NCBI GenBank assembly: GCA_964016885.1
Contig: OZ024748.1
Span: 41,106,001-41,170,000 of the forward strand
Reading direction: 5' to 3'
DNA length: 64,000 nt
Origin: Eledone cirrhosa
Taxonomy: Eukaryota
Numbering within the stretch: position 1 is the first letter of the stretch; each line of letters begins with the position of its first letter. The position numbers and the translations under genes were made by a program. A model generated the notes under the pieces. The model ran no database searches. It was not told the DNA's origin and saw nothing but the letters and a program-made list of their open reading frames with translations. This document shows, piece after piece, positions 55,553 through 64,000 of the stretch.

Positions 55553-57135
55553 TGGATTTAATTTGTTGGAAGTCCGACAAATATAAATGTTTATAACTGA
55601 TTTAGAGCACTCAACAGTTTAGTGGAGTAAATATTCAATATTAAATAAATGGAAACTATATTTATAAAACCATATTTATTTTATTATATATATTTCAAGG
55701 GTACCAAGACACATTGGTACGCTTTCCTCAGATAAAATACAAAGTTTGTTTTATAAATAGAGACATACCCATGAAAATCATACCTTATCGGTTGGATATT
55801 CTCTGGATAGTGGAAATATATTAGGGATTTTTCAAACTTATGTGTGAATATGCAAATGAATATGTAAATAATTGAAAAACAACCGTTTATTTAAATGACT
55901 ATGGAGAGAGAGAGAGATAAGAGATAAGAGGAGAAGGATAAAATAGTGCGAGAGAGAGAGAAGAAAGAAACAAGAGAAGATGAATAAAAACTCATATAAC
56001 GTTAATTTGAGGGAAATATTTCTAAGTATATATCTTAATAGTATGTGTATTTACGATTATTAGTTGTTTAAAATTTGTTTATAATATAATATTTTTCTTC
56101 TGTTATAAATAGATAAATAAATAAATACATAAATAAATAAATAAATACATAAATAAATAGACGGGTATATCATGTTATAGATAATTGTTCTAATGAGTTA
56201 TGAGGGATATTGGTTTTGTATTTAATGTAAATAAATATTCAGTTAAATTAAATTAAATTAACTGAGTTAAGAAGAAAAATATTTATATTTATATGATTTA
56301 AAATGGGAAGATACGGAAAAAACTACGGTTTAATTTATTTATTCGTTAGTGTGAGTCTATTTAGTCAAAATAAGTATAGATGTTGAAAGATACATTTAGC
56401 CAGAATCAGTTAGTGGTTATAAATCTATTGGAAAAATATTGATAAAGTATGGAAAAATATTGAAAAAGTATTGAAAAAATATTGAAAAATTTGAGAAAAT
56501 TAAAAAAAAATAATAATTTATAAGAGATAAGTAATTTTTAAAGAAATTAAAATTATTAAAATTAAAATTAAAATTTTTTAAAAATTAGAATTATATACGT
56601 ATATATTTTATGAAACTTTAAGAAGTGGAATTACAACAAATGTTATAGATATTATGATTTAGAGATATCAATATATTGAAACCAAGTGGATGAGATTGTT
56701 ATGGAAATAAGTAGAAATATTATAAGTATAATTATAAGTTATATATAGTTCTGAATGTTGAATTCTGGCGATGTCTACAAGAATTAAATAAATTTGTTCT
56801 TAGATTAATAGAGTTTTTACATTTAAGTATGTAATAAATTTCCTCAATACACAATTTGCAGAATCTAGATAAAGCTGTGTTTTGGTACGCGGGTGCTTTT
56901 GAAACTGCTTCCCAAGCTAATGAATAGTCCATATTCCAAACACATTTAGATAAAAACGTGGTCTATAAATGCACAGTTAAAACTAGTGATAATATATTCA
57001 ACTATGTCGGTGCAACTTCTACAGAATTTAAAAGTCGCTGGAATAACCACAATTGCTCTTTCTGAAGATCTGATGAAAAATCTTCAACTTCTCTTTCAAA
57101 CCTGATATGGAACTTAAAATGCAAGAATATGGAGT
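55550..57135 (-). mobile_element. 5'-truncated Naiad-like PLE with inverted 5' segment
   Basis: Plus 56943-57133 encodes NVVYKC...NYVGATSTEFKSRWNNH...STSLSNLIWNLK. Minus 56732-56937 continues NMDYSLAW...CKLCIEE...NSCRH. Long 3' UTR and pLTR follow. Confidence 0.85.
55677..55739 (-). ncRNA. Minimal type I hammerhead (family 6)
   Basis: TATTTTAT CTGAGGA aag.gtacca...tggtac.ctt GAAA TATATA TA ATAAAATA. Confidence 0.85.
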
Positions 57136-57315
57136 GAGTGCTTCGAGAAAAAAATATTTCAAATTTTCAATGCCCTAGGGACGGGATTAGGCGATTTAGC
57201 GATCTCTCTCTATAACTCTTAGTCTTTCTCTTTTTAGATACATAGATATAACATTGCGCCCTTATAATATCTGTCTGTATGCCTGGCTGTCTGCATTTCA
57301 ACATTATGACGTAGC

Positions 57316-57358
<43 letters not shown>

Positions 57359-57440
57359 GTATATCTGCATTCACAGATTGATTTTTTTTTAGCTTCAGAA
57401 GATCCCATTAGCAGCGATTCTTTGCTTAAACTTTAATCTG

Positions 57441-57501
<61 letters not shown>

Positions 57502-57831
57502 GCAGTCACTCTCTCTGTTAGCCTCTTCCTCACCCTTCACTCACTCATTCTCTGTTACTACCTCTCCTCCTCCTCCTCCTTCCCGTTTGACCTGTGCGTA
57601 ATTCTTTTCTTTCACACCCTTGGTCAGGCAGGTCGCTTTTTTTCTCTCTCCCGTCTACGATTTCACAGATCTTACGTTCACCGAATTCACAGACTAGATC
57701 CCTTCTTCCTCCCATTAGACCTGTACGGAATTCCTTCCTTGCTCACATTTCAACCAGGTTTGATGGTCTTTATTCTCTCTCGTTCACGATTTCACTGAAT
57801 TTATATTCATGGAAATTTGGGACTTGACTCC

Positions 57832-60498
<2,667 letters not shown>

Positions 60499-60530
60499 TA
60501 TATAATATATATAATATATATATATATAAT

Positions 60531-60581
<51 letters not shown>

Positions 60582-60692
60582 TATATAATATATATATATA
60601 TAATATATAATATATATATATAATATATATAATATATATATATAATATATATATATATAATATATAATATATATATATAATATATATAATAT

Positions 60693-61803
60693 ATCATCAT
60701 CATCATCATCACCGTTTTACGTCCGTTCTTCCACGCTAGCATGGGTTAGACGGGTTGTCCTGTTGTGGGCAGTGTCTGGTCGGCTGACCATGCCTTGCTC
60801 ATACAGGAACTGATCTGGCTTGATTTCTACAGCTGGATGCCCTTCCTAACACCAACCTCATTTACAGTGAGTGCTGGGTGCTTTTTCGTGGCGCCTACAC
60901 GTCCACTTTACAGTGTGGGCTGGGTGCTTTTTTGCCGTGGCACCTCCACGACCACCTTGCGGTGGGGGGGGGGGGGGGGCATATTGTTTATATGCTTCAG
61001 CATGTACCCATGGGAGGTCGGGTACCCTGTATTACTGCGTGACGCCAGAAGTCACGGTCGTGTGTCATTGACTTTGAGAGGTGTAGTTGGGTAAGGTCGG
61101 CTTTTATCACCTCATCCCAAGTCATCTTGGGTCTCCCCACTCCGCGGTTTCCATCAACTTCTAGTGCTCTGCACCTTTTTATGCAGCTGTCATCCTTCAT
61201 ACGCATCACATGTCCATACCAGCGTAACCGCCTCTCCTGCACGCAGCATTTGATTCCTCTTATGCTCAGTCTCTCTCTCAATTCATTTATGCTTTGTCGT
61301 TCACGTATATTACTGTTACACATCCATCGGAGCATGCAGGCTTCGTTTCTCTCTAATCTACGTAAGTCTTCCACCTTCAGCGCCCAGGTCTCACTACCAT
61401 GCAACATCGCTGTTCGGATACACGCATCATACAGTCTGCCTTTCATTCTGAGGGAGAAGCCTTTTGCAGCTAGCAGTGGTAGTAGTTCCCTAAACTTCTT
61501 CCATCCCGTTCTTACCCTAGTTATTGTACTTTCTGAGCACCCACCTCCGTTGCTAATTCGGTCACCTAGGTAGCAGAAGCTGTCTACTGTTTCTACAGGG
61601 CCCTCCCAGAGATTGGTGGTACTTGTTTCCTGTGGCTGTTTGCTTGCTGTTTCAGCACAGCTGCTGCATGTGAATCCTACATTCTTAATTAAGCTTCCTG
61701 AGATCCCGCTACATCTCTTGTGTACCCATTGTTTGCATTTGGGGCAAAGAATGGAGTTCCTACCTACACCTTTCCTACATACTGAGCAAGGCCATTTCCC
61801 TAG
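60693..61803 (-). mobile_element. 5'-truncated RTE LINE, family C
   Basis: GKWPCSVCRKGVGRNSILC...MLHGSETW...GVGRPKMTW. Related 3' UTR and (TGA)n tail. Confidence 0.93.
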
Positions 61804-61850
61804 GCCATATATATATATATATATGGCAAGGCCATATATATATATATATA

Positions 61851-61981
<131 letters not shown>

Positions 61982-62060
61982 TATATAATATATATATATA
62001 TAATATATATATATAATATATATAATATATATATATATATATAATATATATAATATATAT

Positions 62061-62105
<45 letters not shown>

Positions 62106-62128
62106 TATATAATATATATATATATAAT

Positions 62129-62162
<34 letters not shown>

Positions 62163-62198
62163 ATATATATATATAATATATATATATAATATATATAT

Positions 62199-62232
<34 letters not shown>

Positions 62233-62295
62233 ATATAATATATATATTATATATATATATTATATATATATATATATATAATATATATATTATAT

Positions 62296-62329
<34 letters not shown>

Positions 62330-62332
62330 ATA

Positions 62333-62381
<49 letters not shown>

Positions 62382-62382
62382 A

Positions 62383-62582
62383 NNNNNNNNNNNNNNNNNN
62401 NNNNNNNNNNNNNNNNNNNNNNNNNNNNNNNNNNNNNNNNNNNNNNNNNNNNNNNNNNNNNNNNNNNNNNNNNNNNNNNNNNNNNNNNNNNNNNNNNNNN
62501 NNNNNNNNNNNNNNNNNNNNNNNNNNNNNNNNNNNNNNNNNNNNNNNNNNNNNNNNNNNNNNNNNNNNNNNNNNNNNNNNNN
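62383..62582. other. Assembly gap (200 N) next to a (TA)n array (61807-62382)
   Basis: Run of N. Confidence 1.
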
Positions 62583-63318
62583 CGTCGAATATCCAACGTT
62601 ATCATGCTTAAGTTGCCAGAGTAAGCCTGATAGTGATGTTGAAGATTTTTTGCTTGGATCTGTGAAAGAATTCTTGTGGTTATTATAGCGAAGTTTAAAT
62701 TCTGTCGAGGTGGAACCGACATAGTTAAAAGAATTTAAGTCCGTTTTAACATTACAGTTGTATATTATATTTTTAACTAAGCAATTGTTATTTAAGGACA
62801 TTTAGATCTATCTCTACAGTTACATTTGTTTACTTGGATATTATTTATGCTATTATCGGTATTTTGGCTAGGTTTTAAATTCCTATTATTTATTCTATTA
62901 ATATTTTGTGCTAAATTTTTGGTGGATGAGTAAGTTAATTTTATAGTATGTCTATTGAAAATTGAGTGATACCTATGTGTTCTAGGGAAGCGATTATCAA
63001 GAGCATTAAAAAATAGTTTAGCGATGTGGGTTTTAATGTTTAGTGAGAAGGGGGGGGGGGCAAACCATATTATATTCCTAGTTCTATTTCTTTTTTGGCT
63101 TTTGGAATTATTGTAATGCTTTCTATTATAATTGTTAAAGTTGTTGCCGTAATTAAAATTGTTGTTATTTTGGTTAGTTTGTCTAATATTATCTATGTAC
63201 ATAATTTTATCACTATATCCTGCTCTAGCTAACGCTTCATTGGGCTTTTACGTCGAAAATACTGGGCTTTTTCGTCGAAAATCTTTTTATTAGATGAGAT
63301 TCTAGAGATACGTTTTTT
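62583..63318 (-). pseudogene. Naiad-like PLE RT-thumb/linker/GIY-YIG fragment, frameshifted
   Basis: KRISRISSN...EALARAGY...RNIIWFAPPPFS...FPRTHRYHSIFNRHTIKLTYS...CNCR..KCP / CLVKNIIYNC...YVGSTSTEFKLRYNNH. The clade assignment is from recalled motifs. Confidence 0.85.
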
Positions 63319-63324
63319 AAATGG

Positions 63325-63576
63325 AAGTTGAAGTTGTAAGGTATGTCAAATCTATCTATTTATAAGACTGTTTATATTGTATTTTGTCTGAAGAAGGCAT
63401 ACCATATTTTTAATATGATATCCCTGAAATATATATAATGAAATAAATATGGTTTTATAAATATAGTTTCCATTTATTTAATATCGTAAATATACTCCAA
63501 ATACTTGTTGAGTGCTTTTATATCAGTTATAAATATTTACTCGTTGTCACCCAACAATTTAAATAAAACTTTGCAT
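63325..63576 (+). mobile_element. Inverted pLTR at the 5' truncation point, with hammerhead at 63380-63445
   Basis: TATTTTGT CTGAAGA agg...cct GAAA TATATA TA ATGAAATA. Nearly identical to 60120-60375. Confidence 0.85.
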
Positions 63577-63597
63577 ATATATTATATATATATATAC

Positions 63598-63642
<45 letters not shown>

Positions 63643-63726
63643 ATTATATATATATATTATATATATATATTATATATATATATATTATATATATATATAT
63701 TATATATATATATTATATATATATAT

Positions 63727-63758
<32 letters not shown>

Positions 63759-63801
63759 ATATATATATAATATATATATATTATATATATATTATATATA
63801 T

Positions 63802-63832
<31 letters not shown>

Positions 63833-64000
63833 TATATATTATATATATATATATATATAATATATATATATATATATTATATATATATTATATATATATA
63901 TATATTATATATTATATATATATATATATATTATATATTATATATATATATATATTATATATTATATATATATATTATATATTATAATATAAGATCAAAA

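Noticed and set aside
57063-57065. In-frame TGA in the Naiad-like ORF as selenocysteine
   Set aside because: It is not at a conserved Cys position (Thr in the 62583 copy). CGA>TGA decay is more likely, and no SECIS was identified.

Overview
AT-rich, repeat-saturated eukaryotic genomic DNA, most likely from an octopod cephalopod (inferred from the SINE types and the dense (TA)n arrays) and probably intronic. Only one convincing host coding exon is visible (16675-16820, minus strand), plus a weak micro-exon candidate. The rest consists of: (i) at least three families of RTE-clade LINEs whose reverse transcriptase carries an inserted C4HC3 PHD finger; (ii) Penelope-like element (PLE) remnants, with GIY-YIG fragments of two clades (one Naiad-like); (iii) tRNA-derived SINEs; (iv) many micro- and minisatellites; (v) one N gap. 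The most striking feature, absent from the ORF track, is about 20 type I hammerhead-ribozyme motifs from about 9 sequence families. Most lie in inverted or fold-back pseudo-LTR pairs. They include CAGANGA core variants, one fold-back that turns at the ribozyme's own stem II, and two independent SINE insertions at nearly the same position in the ribozyme core. All folds were read by eye and none was computed.
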